From positions 2,154,989 through 2,218,988 of the forward strand of contig CAVNZM010000011.1 in assembly GCA_963693365.1 (NCBI GenBank): a DNA stretch of 64,000 nt, read 5' to 3'. Positions 1 through 21,555 of the stretch are shown one piece after another; position 1 is the stretch's first letter, and each line of letters opens with the position of its first letter. Position numbers and translations under genes: made by a program. The notes under the pieces are model-generated. The model searched no databases. It saw only the letters and a list, made by a program, of their open reading frames with translations, and was not told the origin of the DNA. The DNA is from Amoebidium appalachense. Lineage: Eukaryota; Protista; Ichthyosporea.

Positions 1-17
1 TGTGTGTGTTGTTATAG

Positions 18-1155
<1,138 letters not shown>

Positions 1156-1364
1156 GTGAGTTTGTCGATGGGATCCCAACTTGTTTTGACCAGAGCGACG
1201 GCCTACATGCGCCTGTAGGCGTATACCTCAAGCGAGGTCAAGTCCGCAAAATGATCCGAAAAACTGGCGGAACACCGGTGAAAATAAAGTAAACCGTCTT
1301 TTCAGCTGCGCAGCCTTGGGATAACGTGACTGAAGAGCACGGTAGGCAAAAAAGTACACCTTTA

Positions 1365-2388
1365 GGGCCTCTTTGGCAGCACCCCAATAATCGTATTCGT
1401 ATTTAGGCCCTAAATACGATCTACCGTATTTACAAAATTTATCGTGGTATGCGTAAATACGGTTGGTGCCTTCCAAACGCTGTCAGGCGTGACTGGTCAC
1501 ATAAAATGTCGATACATGCCACACGAGATCTAATTGGCCCTATTCGCACCCATTGATCATCCTTCGGTAGTCCATGCATATAGACTGGTGCAGCTGTAGT
1601 CAGTATTACAGCGAACGGCAAAAACGAGTCACCGACAGTGAGTCTTGCTCTGTTTAACAATAGGTTAGAATGTCTGTTATTGAAGGGATACTGCCAGTTA
1701 TTGCGGTGGCTAGCCTTGCTAGAGACCTCGTTTTACGTCACCAGTTGCAACGTTCGTCCCTGGCATTCCCCACATATCTGAACACATAATGAGTGTTAAA
1801 ATTTGTCCTTGTCTATGCAATACTCGTTGTGCCTGCATGTCACCGAGTTTGTACATGTACATTTGATTGTTTTTTATTAATGCATATATCGGAGTCCGGT
1901 ATTGTTTCAATGATTATCATGGCATATATATACAGTCTGAGCTTGTTATCATGCACCGCGTAGGGTTCCTCGTCCTCTGTCATACCTGTGCAGCCCAAAT
2001 TCATGTGCCAATTTTAACTGAGCATGTACACAAAATGACGTATATGACACAGACCTTCTAACATTGAATTGTTCAAGTGCATGCGTCAACCATGATGCGT
2101 ACTGTTCAAAAATGTGCCCGCCGCGGCTTACGAGCGCTGTACCATTGGCTTGCTGATAGCTAATAAATGATGCGAAATGCTCTGATTGGCTAATTTCCTA
2201 TATCGTATTTACGAAAATCACTTCCGGAGGTGATTTTCGTAAATACGATATAAAACAACGATCCCTATCGTATTTACAAAAAATAAAAGCCCGCGGCGTG
2301 TTTGGCGTGCCACGGCATCGTATACGTATTTAGGCCCTAAATACGAATACGATAAAAAACCGTATTTAGCGCGCTACCAAACAGGCCC
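1365..2388. mobile_element. Non-autonomous PIF/Harbinger (Tourist-like) DNA transposon
   Basis: TIRs GGGCCTCTTTGGCAGC (1365) and GCTACCAAACAGGCCC (ends 2388), matching the PIF/Tourist GGGCCnGTTTGG style. TTA TSD at 1362-1364 and 2389-2391. Subterminal palindrome CGTATTTAGGCCCTAAATACG at both ends. Confidence 0.85.
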
Positions 2389-2391
2389 TTA

Positions 2392-4213
2392 CATCACTGA
2401 TAAGACTGATACAAAAGATGCCACATGCCTAGCAGATACCCGGAGGGAAAGAGGTAAAACGCGACATAAAAATTCACACCTATCAACATGCTTGCGATTA
2501 AAAAGGTCAGCACAAAAGTGGCACCAGCGGCGATGAAAACAAGAATTACAGCGCCACTGCACAACTTCCCAGGCAATATCAACATCAGAGCACCATACAG
2601 ACTTATCTACTAGGGTGGTATCCATACGTACAGCAGGAGAAATGTATCCTGCCAAAGCTCCCAAAAAGCGATAATGATCAGTACGGTGTTGCCTAAGGAA
2701 CATAACACATGCTGACTGAGTTTTACCTTTGATTTCTCTATCAGAACGAGAAAGAAACTTATACTGCGTATGGTAATAACGCGAAAAGGCAGAAAAAACA
2801 GGAAGAGAAAAGAAAGAGGGAGTGAGATAGCGAGAGGAAGAATCAGGTGGAAAGAGGGTAGGCTGAGGACATTCAGAAGTAGCGTTGGTGAATCGGGGGG
2901 GAAGAGGGATGGAGGGTGGGGGGGGAAAGAAAGCATAAAGAGGGTGACCAACAGGTATCCTAACTAAATGAAAACAGAAACGAAGAGACAATTCCTCCAT
3001 ACGACAAACAGCAGACGACATTCCAAACATACTGATTAAGGGAGGCACAAACCGAGTACGAAACAAAGTGCGTAGCGCAGTACCCTGAAAATCGTCGAAC
3101 TCGTTCAGCGCCATTGCCGCCTCGCGAGGTGGGGCGCAGGCCAATAGCGGAAGTCCATATTCGAAAGTCGGCCGTAAAAAGTTTTATAGTAGAGAAGAAG
3201 GTTCGCAGGATGGATCACAGACTCGTGTTGAAACATATTTGACACGATGTGAAGCTTACCCTTCGCACGAGCGATCCGTGCCGTGAGGAGCTTGCGGAAA
3301 TCAATACTCGTGCAGTAAAAGGAATACCGTAATAGTCATAGGTGCTCGGAACAGGAATAGGAAGGCCGGCCAATCGAAAGGAAGTGTTCTTCGAAAAAGT
3401 AGCACACTTTGCAATTCCGACTGTCATGAGATTCTCGGTGCACCATTGATCCACCTGACGAAGCATCTGGTGCATGACATCTTCGGTTAAGGAACAAAGA
3501 ACAATATCGTCCGCAAAAAGGAGACCCGGTACACGGCGGGTATGCAGTTGGCCAAAGGGTTCGAGGGCGCAGGCTAAATCGTCAATGAAAACGTCAAACA
3601 ACAACGGACTCAGGAGGGACCCCTGCAGAAGATCCCGGAACGGGAAAAACCGGGTGTTAATGTTCCATTGACCGCCGCTCGTCCGCGAGTGGTATCGAAC
3701 AACGCTTGCAGAAGACGGCCAAAGGGGGCTGCAGTAAGCCCCGCATAGCCAGCTTATGCCATAACAAACCAGTGGGTACGGTGTCGTAGGCGTTCTTAAG
3801 GTCGATGAAGACAACGTGTGGAGAGCCAGAAGTAATGGATTCATGGAGTAACAGACTGTGAGTATAACACGAATAGGCATGACGAAAGCCCCCTTGAAGG
3901 GAAGAAAGACGGAACACGGCGTTTAAAGAATCGTCGGTGTTAAACGCGCGAAGCATGCAACCCTCGAAGAGCCGACGAAAAACGTTGGTAAGTGTGACGG
4001 GACGAAAGTCGTTAATGACCCCCTCAGATACCTTCTTACGAACGGGCGTAACGATTGTGTCAAGCCACGAATTTGGAATAAACCCGAGTTCGAAAAAAGC
4101 CGAAAAAAACTCACTAAGAAGGACAGCAAAAGGCGGGGGCGGGGGGGACTCTGCACGATTACGGGGCGGAAGCACGGGAGAAAGAACCTTGAAAAGCACG
4201 GGAGGAAGAGCAT
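2392..4213 (-). mobile_element. 5'-truncated, frameshifted non-LTR retrotransposon (LINE) ORF2: reverse transcriptase plus C-terminal Cys/His region
   Basis: RT motifs IPNSWLDTIVTPVRKK, NDFRPVTLTNVFRRLFE, LQGGFR, FIDLKNAYDTV, LLQGSLLSPLLFDVFIDDL and LLFADDIVL are spread over several frames. C-terminal CHFCADLFNRKHVDRC. The 3' end abuts the Harbinger TSD. Confidence 0.9.
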
Positions 4214-4978
4214 CCGGCCCGCACGCCTTGCGGGGTTTTAACGCCCGTAAAGCACCAAAAAAATTTGGAAAAATGAAAATCAGTTTTTTTACATTAGATA
4301 TCGGGGGGCAAGCCCCCCGAACCCCCCTATATTCTGAGCCACAGAGCTGCTCTGTGATTATTTTAGCGGCTCTGTGATTATTTTTGTGTCACAGTCACAG
4401 AGCTGCTCTGTGGATTTATAATTTTGGATTTTGGTATTATATAATATATAATAACTATATGTATTACGTTGTTTTTTTATGTTATTTGACAACTATATTA
4501 AATTGATTCTTGACCAGCCTATGCGATGTTTCAGATCACATACCTCCACTGTGCTTTGCCATCCTCTGTTCGGAGTGACCAATCATGGGCGCTGTATGCA
4601 AGTATCCAGAAATTACATGTCACCCGTACATGATACACACGCACATGCGCACACGCACGCACACGCACACGGGCACGCGCACACTCACTCACATCGTGGC
4701 ACAAAAGCACAAGTTCACACACAAGCACGCAGACACACAAACACATGTGTACACACACGCACCACGCACGCACGTACACACACGCGCGCGCATAAATACA
4801 CCGGCAATTTGAAAGCGAGACACAAAAACAAGCGCACACCAGGCTGTGCACACGTCACCGTGACACGCGTGGGCACAAACACGCACAAGTACACACAAGC
4901 ACACGCGCATGTACGTATACACACACACACACACGCACAGGCATACACACACACGCGCGCACGCACGCACGCACACGT

Positions 4979-5079
<101 letters not shown>

Positions 5080-5294
5080 ATATCGGCTTGAACACGGACT
5101 TGAATGTGCACATGCATGGATGGGCTATCATCGTTGCGCCATCCATACACTGGCCACACTCAGAGCCTGACACATGTACAGCACCCACGCACAACAAAGG
5201 GACATGACATTGTATCATGATCACGTAACCCTCTCTCTGCTGTATCGTGCACACACACACGCACACACACACAGAGATGTACACACACGTGTAG

Positions 5295-5347
<53 letters not shown>

Positions 5348-5449
5348 GCGCGCATATGCATGATGGACAAACACGCGTACACGTCACAAATTTAAGGGGC
5401 TTAAACACACGCAGTCCAACTGTCACTCACACAAACACACCACACAATC

Positions 5450-5490
<41 letters not shown>

Positions 5491-6129
5491 CCTACATATG
5501 AGATTGGTTTGGGTGCAATGCGACGCACGAGCACGTGCACAATGGCAACAGCCTATGATACGTGAGGCGTGATGTGGCGCCGAGAGCGGTACACAAACAC
5601 GTGTTTATAAGTTACTAATTGAAAGCTTCCAGAACTCGTCTAGGTTTTGGTACGGTAATTAACTTTGACACTCGGAGAATCGTGATCATCCAAGAACTAT
5701 GAGATGCATAACTTACTAATGAATCATTTTGGCTCTAGTAGGAAAAGATTACATAAATTCAATAATGATTGCCCTTTGCCCAGCAACAAATGCGATACAG
5801 AATGCACGTGATTTACATCGATAATTCAGATAATGTTCTTTCCAAAAATCATTCGGAAATATTCAACCAGGATATTCGTACCTCCCGGCAGTGCTAAGGT
5901 ATTAAAGTAGTATGTCTGTAAAGTTCAGCCACAACGAAAAATGGGCACCGTTAATGGTTGTGCCTAACATGATCCCATTCACCCACAACCTTCTCGTGTT
6001 TTTCATTCACTTTGACTGTGATTGTGTCATTCCTTCTATCTTTAAGCTCCCCCCCCTTCCCCCCCCCCCCCCCCCCCCCCTCTCCGGACCCATTTCTTCC
6101 AAACAAGCATACAACAGATGCTTTCCTTT

Positions 6130-6310
6130 CTACCCTGAGCTCTGTGCCTGCCTGAATCTCGAGTATGCTTCGATAAGTGATGGCTGCAGCGAGGCCTGTG
6201 CCCACTTCAGCGCTTTCATGACGTCATCGTGTGTGGCTGTGCTTGCCTGGTCCCGAAACACGCGGTCCAGTTCCAGAGAGACGTCCATGGGGACGGATAC
6301 GTTCCACCTG

Positions 6311-6341
<31 letters not shown>

Positions 6342-6596
6342 TGTGTGTGTTTGTACTATTCTCTGTATCGCCTAGACCTGTGCATACTGAACTGCATGCA
6401 AGTCCCTAGGGCGAGGCACGAATATCAAAAATGCATTTAAATACGTCGTGTTACAGTCACGTCAACACCAAAAATTCATAAATATGGCAACACTGCACAA
6501 GCATAGATGGTGGACACATACCATGAAAACTGCGATCAGTGAGAGTGAGGTTAACCGACCGGAGTCGAGGATTTGTGTGGAGGGGGAAAAAAAAAA

Positions 6597-6633
<37 letters not shown>

Positions 6634-6785
6634 CTGTAACAACCCACAGGTTATACCCGCCGGCTCACATGTACACCAATAAGATATGTGTGCCTTGTTT
6701 CGAAAGGCCGGGGACATGGGTGTGAGTGTGTGTTTGGGGGGGGGGGGGGGGGGGGGAGGGGAGGGTTTAGCGGTGGAGGAAGCAA

Positions 6786-6822
<37 letters not shown>

Positions 6823-9153
6823 GGGTCGCGAGAGGGGAGAAGGGGGTTTACTTTGTGTCTGCGCCGAAGTATACATTGTATATGGCGTCACGTGCATTGT
6901 CAGCAGTGGCGGCTGGATCCCTCAGGAATGCACTCATGGTCTGCCATGCTAGAAGGTTCTCCTCCAGGTATTGCTCCTGTTGAAAGGACAAAGGGGTACT
7001 TAGAAACGTGGTAAATGCTGACACACACACACACGCACACACACACACAGACACAGACACAGACACGCACACACACACACACACAGCCACAGACACAGTC
7101 GCACACACACATGCACACGCCCACGCGCATACACACGCACACACACGTGCAAAATACCCGTGCATACGTACGTGCAGGCTCACACCCACTACCAGCAGCA
7201 AATGAATGCATATGAAAAACGTGTGCACATAACCATGCAAACCTGAAAACATGCAGGCATGACCGTTGTGCAAATAGTCTGGTACCACCAAACATGCTTT
7301 CCTTATAGCCGGTTTTTGGTTCAATCTTCCAACCTATCCCTTCCCCCCCCCCCCCCCCCCCCCCCCCTCTCCCTCTTCCCCCCCACCCGTCAACTCCACC
7401 GCCGCCGCCGCCACCACCACCACCACCACCACCCCCCACCCCCCGGAACAAACACCCACAACACTTCCGTCTCCTATAACGACAACTCATTAACTCAACA
7501 TCATCCCATTCTTTCCTCCAGAAATATGCCTTGGTGCATCATACCTTCCTACCTTCGCCTATACCTAGCCCTTTTACCCCCTCCCCCCTCCCCCCCTCTT
7601 TCCTCTCCCCCCTCTCCCCCTCCCCCCCCCCTCCTCCCCCTCAGCCAACCCCCTCCTCCCCCCCCCCCCACCCTCCACCCCCGGTGTAGCATACCCAATT
7701 TGTAAATACGGCTTGTTCCTATACAAACTCTCTTTCGGGAGTAAAAGCTACATTTAAGGGAAAAGCATGCCTGCGAGATGGTACCTAAAAGGCCCAGGTC
7801 GATAGAAGCATAGACTGGACCATGAAGAGACAGATGCTACACATGTGCATGGAGCGATACATGCCGGCTTGCCAGCTCATGTGCAGGGGTGTGCAAGTGT
7901 GTGTGCATGCATGCCTGTTGACATACATAGCAGCCATTTGTACATAGTTTGTGCGCGCGCACACACACGTCCCTTCTCATACAACAGACGTGTCCGTGTT
8001 CGTGCCTCTGCTTGCTATTCACACCTACACATCCCACACGTGCACACATACCTTCAGATACAGCCAAAAGTCTGCAGCATCGGCCCCGAGAAACTGCTCT
8101 ATCTTTCTAGCACCCAACTCGCAATCATACGCATAGTCATTTGTGTTCTCTGCCACAGCATACAAGTTACTCTCCGGTATCACCGTTTTCCTTCCCGTTC
8201 TTGGCGACTGTGTTACCGTTCCCTCGTGATGTTCTCTATCTCCACCCCCTGAACTGGAACTACTAGCACGTTTGCTATCTCTTCTTGAACCACTGTAATC
8301 GAGTCTAAGTGCGGCAACCGCGGCAGCGGCGTCTATCCGTTTTTCAAGGGCAATGGTGGCAGGGAGTGTGAGAGATGTTGCTCTCCTGCTCTTCTTGGAA
8401 AGGACCTCCGCTTTCATTTCGTTTGAGTCACCAACCTCCATCTGTAGACGTGATCCAGTGCTTTGCTGTGTGTAGAATGCAAAGATTAGGCTCGTGTGAG
8501 TAATGAAGTATGGTGTCCACAAAGGGATAGCGTATTGATGTGTGTGTGGGTAACACGAGGAGGACCGGTGGGAAGGGAGGTTTTGGGCGGGGGGGGGGGG
8601 GGGGAGGGGGGGGGAGCAGGGGAGGGGGGGAGGGAGGGGGGGAGGTGAGGGAAACGAGGCATCTATTATATAATGATTATTATCTCTCTGTGTGTATGGA
8701 TAAGTGAGTGGCTGAGTGAGTGATAATGTGTGTGAGTGTGTGTGCGCATGTGTGTGTGTATGTGTGTACGTGTGTGTGCACGAGCACTTGTATGCCGGTG
8801 CAGGTATGTGTGGGTGACGCTGTTTACGTGTGTGTGTGCGTGCGTGTGAACTCGTCTGTGTGTTTGTGTTTGCGGACGTGTGTGTACGGGTGTCAGCGAT
8901 ATGTGTGTATGCTGGTGTATGTGTGCCCGTGCCAATGGTAGCGTGTGGGGGCCTATCCAGCGCGTGTGTGGCATGTGTGTCAGTGTTTGTCACGGGCATT
9001 GTGCATGCTGTGTGTGCCCGTGTCTGCACGCCAGCAGGCTTGCTTAAACATGTTTGTGTGTGTCTGTGTGTGTGCTTGCGTGTGCTCCTTGCGCCGTCAA
9101 ATGGTTTTGCCTTCTCACATCTGTGTGTGTGTGTATGGTTTTGCCTTCTCACA

Positions 9154-9227
<74 letters not shown>

Positions 9228-10008
9228 CGCGCGCGCACATTGTGCACGCCTTGTTATGATTGCATGCCCTGTTATGATTGAACACGATCATAACGGGGCA
9301 TGCGCACACATTTCCTGTGTGGGCATGCCCCCGTTGTGTAAGACCGAACACATCCGTGTGCCTGTGTGTGCTGCAGTCGTGTATGTGCCACAAGATTCGG
9401 TATGATTATGTATGGCGTGCTTGTGACCGTTATCTTTTGCGGATCCGTCACCTGTGTGTATGCGTGTGAAGAAGCAAGTTGGTTGGGCCCAGGTTTATTT
9501 GTATGGGCGTGTTTTCTTGTGATCCTCTTGTGCAGAGATCGTTGCACTAATTGGATAGTATTATGTGCAAATGCTCAAACATATGTGTGCCTACGCATCT
9601 GCTCATTAGTAGTGTACTTGTTTCTACGCTTGCTACCTTTATTCGTCACTAAACTTGAAAACTAAGACATCAGGATATGGCTATAAAAAAAAAACTTCAC
9701 AACGACCCATTCCTTGTTATCACTGTGCACCAAACATACTGAAACCCGTTGAGCATTCTTCCTTCTCTCAGTTCTGGATTCTAACATGGACAAACCACTT
9801 GGTTGTATAAAAACACAAACACAATAGGTATGATGATTATCTGTAACAACATGTGTGGTCCACTTACCCTGTTCTGCTTGCTTCCACCACTGTCAGACAG
9901 CCGTGGTAGTACTCTATTCGTGGGTTCCTTTGTTGGCTTGACTACGCCCACTCCAGCGCCCGTGCCTGACCCCTGCTTGCTCACACTTCCTCCCGGCCCG
10001 TGCACCAT
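6130..10008 (-). CDS. RGS (regulator of G-protein signalling) domain protein, about 285 aa; exons 10008-9868, 8465-8052, 6976-6852, 6307-6130 (start may lie further upstream)
   Basis: All introns are GT-AG and phase-compatible. The spliced C-terminus ...[17 protein letters not shown]|[17 protein letters not shown]...[15 protein letters not shown]|WNVSVP...[18 protein letters not shown] follows the RGS pattern F..FLKSE.SEEN..FW...A..IY..FI....VNI...AQ......Y.RF. Confidence 0.8.
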
Positions 10009-10269
10009 TTTGCTTCCTATATGCCTATAAGGCTACTAAAATCAACTTGTGCTGCTGTAGCTACTCTTAGCATCCATAAGTCAGATGTCGACAGATCTAC
10101 ACAACATTGGGAGCTAAACTATGGCACCGGTACCAATCTGCTCTGCTCTGTAGGCATCAGAAAAACAACATAAAAAAGAAAACAAGAATATATAAATAAG
10201 CCCAGCTACTCTCTACATAATATCATAACTTCACTAACTTCGCACCTCTTTGGACTTCAAGGTTGAAGA

Positions 10270-10440
10270 AACGCCCAAGCTATCCGCCCACGCCCCACCG
10301 TGGCTGTATCAAAAGGTGTTGGAAAAAGCGGCGGAAAGTAGCTAGATGATGATTGGCTGGGTGGTTATTGACTAGATTTCATCCAATCAAAAGAAGGGCA
10401 ATGATGCGCTCTCAGCCAGTTAAAACAAACTTGATGGGAG
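10270..10440. promoter_or_regulatory. Probable promoter of the RGS gene (GC box and CCAAT boxes)
   Basis: CCGCCC near 10285, GATTGG near 10351 and CCAATC near 10383, just upstream of the first recognised exon. Function is inferred from position. Confidence 0.35.
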
Positions 10441-10450
10441 TATACACTGG

Positions 10451-10796
10451 CAGAGCTGGGGCGGTCTGGTCTGGTCAGCCCGGACTATATTAGCCCAAAA
10501 AACGTTTGGGTTGGGGCTGACCAGACCAGCCCGAAAAGTAAACGGGTTTGGCTACTAGGTGTTTGGGCTGAGACCCCCCTGTATCCCCCTTTTAAACACT
10601 AATGACGAGCCTATAGCATCCCCCGAAAAGACAAAAATTCCTCCGAAGCCCACCTTTTCTAAAAGCTTTTGCGCAAACGGACTTTCCATATATGGTAGTT
10701 CAGCCAGCCAAACCCAGAAACGGTTTCCAGCCCAAAAAAATTTCGGTTTGGGCTGACCCAGCCCGGACCGGCCCAAAACCGGCCGCCCAAGCTCTG
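10451..10796. mobile_element. hAT-like MITE
   Basis: TIRs CAGAGCTGGGGCGG and CCGCCCAAGCTCTG, with many internal CAGCCC/GGGCTG and AACC/GGTT short repeats typical of hAT subtermini. The 8-bp TSD is not cleanly preserved. Confidence 0.65.
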
Positions 10797-11153
10797 ATAT
10801 ACAAACCGCACACAGCTCACACACACACCTTCTTATTATTTGATAGCAATATTATAACAAAATCTTTATTATCCTTATGCTTAGTTATAATACATTTCTC
10901 TTACTATGACCTCAAGTACAAAAATAAGTGAGGTCGGATACACATGACAACCTCAAACAGACGTTGACCCACGGCAAACAGTACTGGATACAGATCGTGT
11001 AAGCCTTTGATCGGTGGTCCTTGGAACTATCATGTGATTGGTTATTTATCAAAGTAGTGCCGGATTGGTTGGTTTGGAATCCAGTGCGATCGTTTTTCTG
11101 TCGGTATGTTACCGTATGTACCGGCACGTCCGGCACGTGGGTACGTGTGTGTG

Positions 11154-11219
<66 letters not shown>

Positions 11220-11560
11220 GGGGAGGGGACCTGTCCGACTACATATGGTATAAGTTACCGACCCACTTTAAATCATCACAATAGGTAAATTAGATAGCCC
11301 CCTATCAGATGTTTGCATGTAATTATAAATTATAAATCTTGCATCATGAGCCATGGCCCGATATTCATTCAAATTGAATTTCTGCAGGCATGTTGTGAAG
11401 AAACACCCCTGAAAGCAAGCACATCATCAAACTAGCAGGAGACAAAGCCAGAGAGCAGAACACTGACAAGTCTTAGAGGATAATGAAAAATGTTCCTCAT
11501 AACGGCCGTCAAAAAAAAAGTCCCTTTTTTACGTTTTTTTTTTTTTTCGATTTCTTTTTG

Positions 11561-11617
<57 letters not shown>

Positions 11618-11866
11618 GTTCTCGTGGTCATTAGGTTAGACAGGGTATACGAGCATACTGTGATTAATTGGTGCTGCAGTTTTGGTATGGCTAAGGTGCC
11701 TTTAAAAGCCTAGATATACATACATGTCACCCCAAAGTAGCACACTCCCTCCCCCCTCCCCCCCCTCCCCCCCTCCCCCCCTTCCGGGGAGGGGATCCCC
11801 CTCTCACCTGAGGCTCCCCCCCACTCAAACGTATGGCACACACACACATACACATACACATACACA

Positions 11867-11916
<50 letters not shown>

Positions 11917-11936
11917 TACACACACACAAATACACA

Positions 11937-11976
<40 letters not shown>

Positions 11977-11995
11977 CACACACACACACACAAAT

Positions 11996-12155
<160 letters not shown>

Positions 12156-12923
12156 ACACACACACATGCTAGCACTGTATGATAAATGCAGTTTTGTGAG
12201 TCGTGCATCTACTAGCCAGGACTCTTCCAGACCAGGGACTACACTGGTTTTATAAATCATTTAATTTCACAATCTCACTTATCATTCATTCTCCGCCCTT
12301 CTCCGCCCACTATTTTCATACGCTATTCGCATTTGATTTACCATCATTCATGCCCCTTGACCCTACAGCATACTATTTAGTAATATATATTCATGTTTTG
12401 AACCAACTCCAATGATATGCTATCTGAGCTCAAAACATACACATGTATTAAAATTCCATAACATTCATTCTTGATACATAAAAGGACCAATAGAATGTGC
12501 TGCGCACATACGTATCACCTTCGCCCGTCAAAGCTTTTCATGTGAGCCCTCACATCGTATAACCTCCTACCACTCGTGTTACCCGGCACAATATCATCAT
12601 ATCTAACACATCCATCTTTTCCTGCATTTCTCACAAAGTGCAAGTGCCTGATTGCCAACCAATAAAAAACTGGCTAACGTTAGCTCAAACATAAAAGGCC
12701 ACGAGATTCCGCGACATTCCCTTCTGGATGCGGAACGCAAGATCATGGTCGTCACCAGGTGTCCTGCCCTGGGAAGGTGAGGGCATGCCCACACCTTAAA
12801 AAAAAATTGCCAATCAAAGATGTTTGTTGATTGGTCTAGGGTCACTGTGCATATGGTGACGTGTCAACCAACATTGATGACGCAAAACACCCGGTTTTGC
12901 GCAAACCGGGTGTGTTGACGTCA

Positions 12924-18380
<5,457 letters not shown>

Positions 18381-20459
18381 GGTGAAGGTAAACGCCGGGG
18401 AAAAAAAAAGCGAAAAGCCTTGTATAGCGTGTATGCTGGTCTACACCAACCAGTTGACACTGTGTGCTGTTGTGCTTCACAGTCTGCTCCAAAGGTGAGA
18501 TTGGAACTCGGGTATATGGATAGAAGGCCTGAAAGGATGCTTTGGATGTGTTTATGCGTGCCACAGGTAGTGGCCTGGGCAAATGATGCTGCCACCATAC
18601 AGGCAGGCTCAAACTTTCTGAGACAGCCGGCTGGCAGAGAGCTGTGGTACAAGCTGGCCACCTACAACTGGCAGACTAGGCGGAGCGGCAGCCGGCTGAG
18701 CCGGCGGCGGTCGCGGGCGGGAGGCTTTTTCAAAAACCCCAAAACCTACGCGTGGATGGAATTTTTTTGTAATTTTTTCTCTTGACTGGGATTTATTGAT
18801 CAGTGGTCCAGTGGATATGAAGGCAACGTGCAGCCACAGGCTACATGACCACCAAAATAACCGACTTCGAAAGAGCCACAGCGATGAAATAAAAAATAAA
18901 ACAACAAGTGACCAAAGGACACCAGAAACTAGTTTGCTCCAACTAGTCATATGCAGCGATGATGACCAGGCCACACTCCGCAAGAAGACATCATTACTGC
19001 TGCCTCCCAACAGGCCCCCCTCAAAAGCTACCGGGGCACAGCAAGCAAATCAGCCCTTTAAAGAGCAACGCAGACCAAATCCGAGCGAAAAAACAATCCC
19101 CACGGGCCCGTCCCCTAGAAAACCCGCAGAAGCTGTCTCTAACTCTTTGATAAGGTGGCCTAGTTGTGGCAGGACACACAGGAAAACACAACTACAGAAT
19201 GCATGCAAGCAAACCCAGTCATTGCCATACTGCTGAAGGCTGAAAACACGGCAGCCACAAGGAAAGCTCCTCGACGACCCGATAGCTACCCCTCCAATCA
19301 CGCAACGCAGAATCAGTTGAAGAATTTGCAGCAGCCCACCGCCAATAGCTCGCGTAGAAGTGTAGATAGCGTGTAGAAGTCACCGTAAGTTGCAGTGGGC
19401 CACGAGATGTCGAAGAAACCACTCCCCAAGCGAGAAACTCCGCGGAAGGGAGATGTCCCCACACTCTCACCGCAGTAGGAATAGACAAGGCCGCACTACA
19501 CACACACAGTGTCACGTTCCCCTGAGTGGGACCCCTTCCCACCACAAAAAGAAAAAACGAAAGCCTTTATATACCTGCCATGGTGAAGAATCGGGAAACG
19601 AAGTTGACGTGACAGCTAAGAGATCGAAGTAAAAGTTTTGTAATTTTTCTCAAAGGAGATCACCTAGGGGCCTGGCGGCGCGGGGCGGCCCTTGGGCTTG
19701 AAGCCTTGAAGTCCACTTATGACTTCTTGTACCGTCCCTCTAGATTTTTACTCGCGCCAACAAGGGGATAGATTACTTGAAGTGTCGTGTATGGCTGCTG
19801 CACGCTCCAAGTCCTCATGAAGTTCATGAGTTTACACTTTTGAAATTTGGATTTTTGATGGACACCCGGAACGTTGGCCTGTTTAGCAGGACTCGGTGCT
19901 TTCCTATCCAATCAGCAAACAGCCCGCGAATTGTTCCGATTGGTTGACTAAATTTTCCCCGGCACCGCCAGCCCTGCCCCGGCCCCACGCATCGATGCTT
20001 TGTTTACGTTGCTGCAGATGTCATGTCCACAAAGTACGTTGAACAAAACTTGCAGTCTGTTACATATAATAAGGGATACGGAATAGCCTTAACATGGCCG
20101 CAGTATACTGAGCATTGTGCAGATCGGCACATCGATATCGTACGCGTGTTAGCTACGCGTGTTACCAATTAATACCTACTTATTCCCCTTAATAGTTTTC
20201 GGGCGCAACGGTGCTAATATGTTGGACACACATGTATGTAAAGTACACTGATTATAATTTAAAGCTCGAGCAACCCAGCTCGTCGAGCATGCGCTAACTA
20301 ACTTGAACATAAGTTTTTGAGCTTGGATTGTTACATACATATATTGCATATATATTGACATCTGGCTCCACTGAGCTGGATTTACAGGAACCACGTGATC
20401 ATGGGGAGGGGCTAAGAAGGTAGAGAAATGGGGAGGGGCTAAGAAGGTAGAGAAATATT

Positions 20460-21524
20460 GGGCAGGTGGGTGCATGCCCGTGCCACATCACTCCCTCTTT
20501 CCCAGCCATTTCTGACTTTTTTTGCCCTCATTCTGGTAGCAACTTCACCTCTTGTTTACAGCTACGGACATGCACGTGCACGGTGTACGGGCTCCTCTTG
20601 GAGCACATTTCTTCGCCCCTTCACCCTTAAGTTACAACTTGCTCAAAATGAACCACAACAGCCGGAGTACTAGTCTTCGAAGTTGGACGCAAGGAACGGG
20701 AGCATGGCTCTACTCGAAAACATTGCTTTTTACCAGAACACATGTAAAGCAAACGAGCACATCGAGAGCAATGACAGATTCTTTGACCCCAAATAGCACT
20801 ACTTTTCCATCACATCCCAGCAGTGGTGATGGGATGCCTCAGCCCTCACAGAGAGGTTTGAACGTGTCCGAGAGCGAAGAAGAAGAGAGTGGGTTCGACT
20901 AGCATTCCTGATGGATTCATTTGCACGAAACAACACTGTGGCGGGAAAGAGGGTGTTCCTGATGCTGGTCACCAGGAAGTTGGCCAGAGCATGGGCAGGT
21001 GGGTGTCATCTTGTTATCTTTGGGGTTTGCATGGATGTGTCCTTACATACATGTGCAGTCTGTGCAGGGAGGTGTGTGCACATCTAAGAGGGCCCAACCA
21101 CGTGCACATCGGCAGAGTCAACTTGCTCAGAGCGGAAAACATTGTTATGCGCATGCAAAAAGCAGCATTAGTCAGCAGAGCAAGAATTGATCCAGAAAAG
21201 CAGACTCTAGTATTCTTCTATAAGCAAAAAGTTCTAAAGCAGGCTTGTTGTGAAGAATACAGAAAAATGCCAGAAAAAGCAGAATTATTCTTCCATAAGC
21301 AAAAATATTCTTCTAAAGGAGGTATGTTGTGAAGAATACAGAAAAATTCTGCGAAAAATTAAAGGTAGAATTATATATCCTGCTTATGCAAGCTTCAACA
21401 CGGTTCCGCAGTGAGAAGAATAATACTGCTTTCTTGCTTTATTCTGCTCCGAGCAAGTTGACTCTGCTGATGTGGTTGGCCCCTTACAAGCCGTATTTAT
21501 TCGCCTTAAGCCATGTTTTCCCTT

Positions 21525-21555
<31 letters not shown>

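Noticed and set aside
18790-19700. Several 70-150 aa ORFs between GC-rich flanks
   Set aside because: No recognisable motif, frequent stops, and no TIR/TSD pair could be established.
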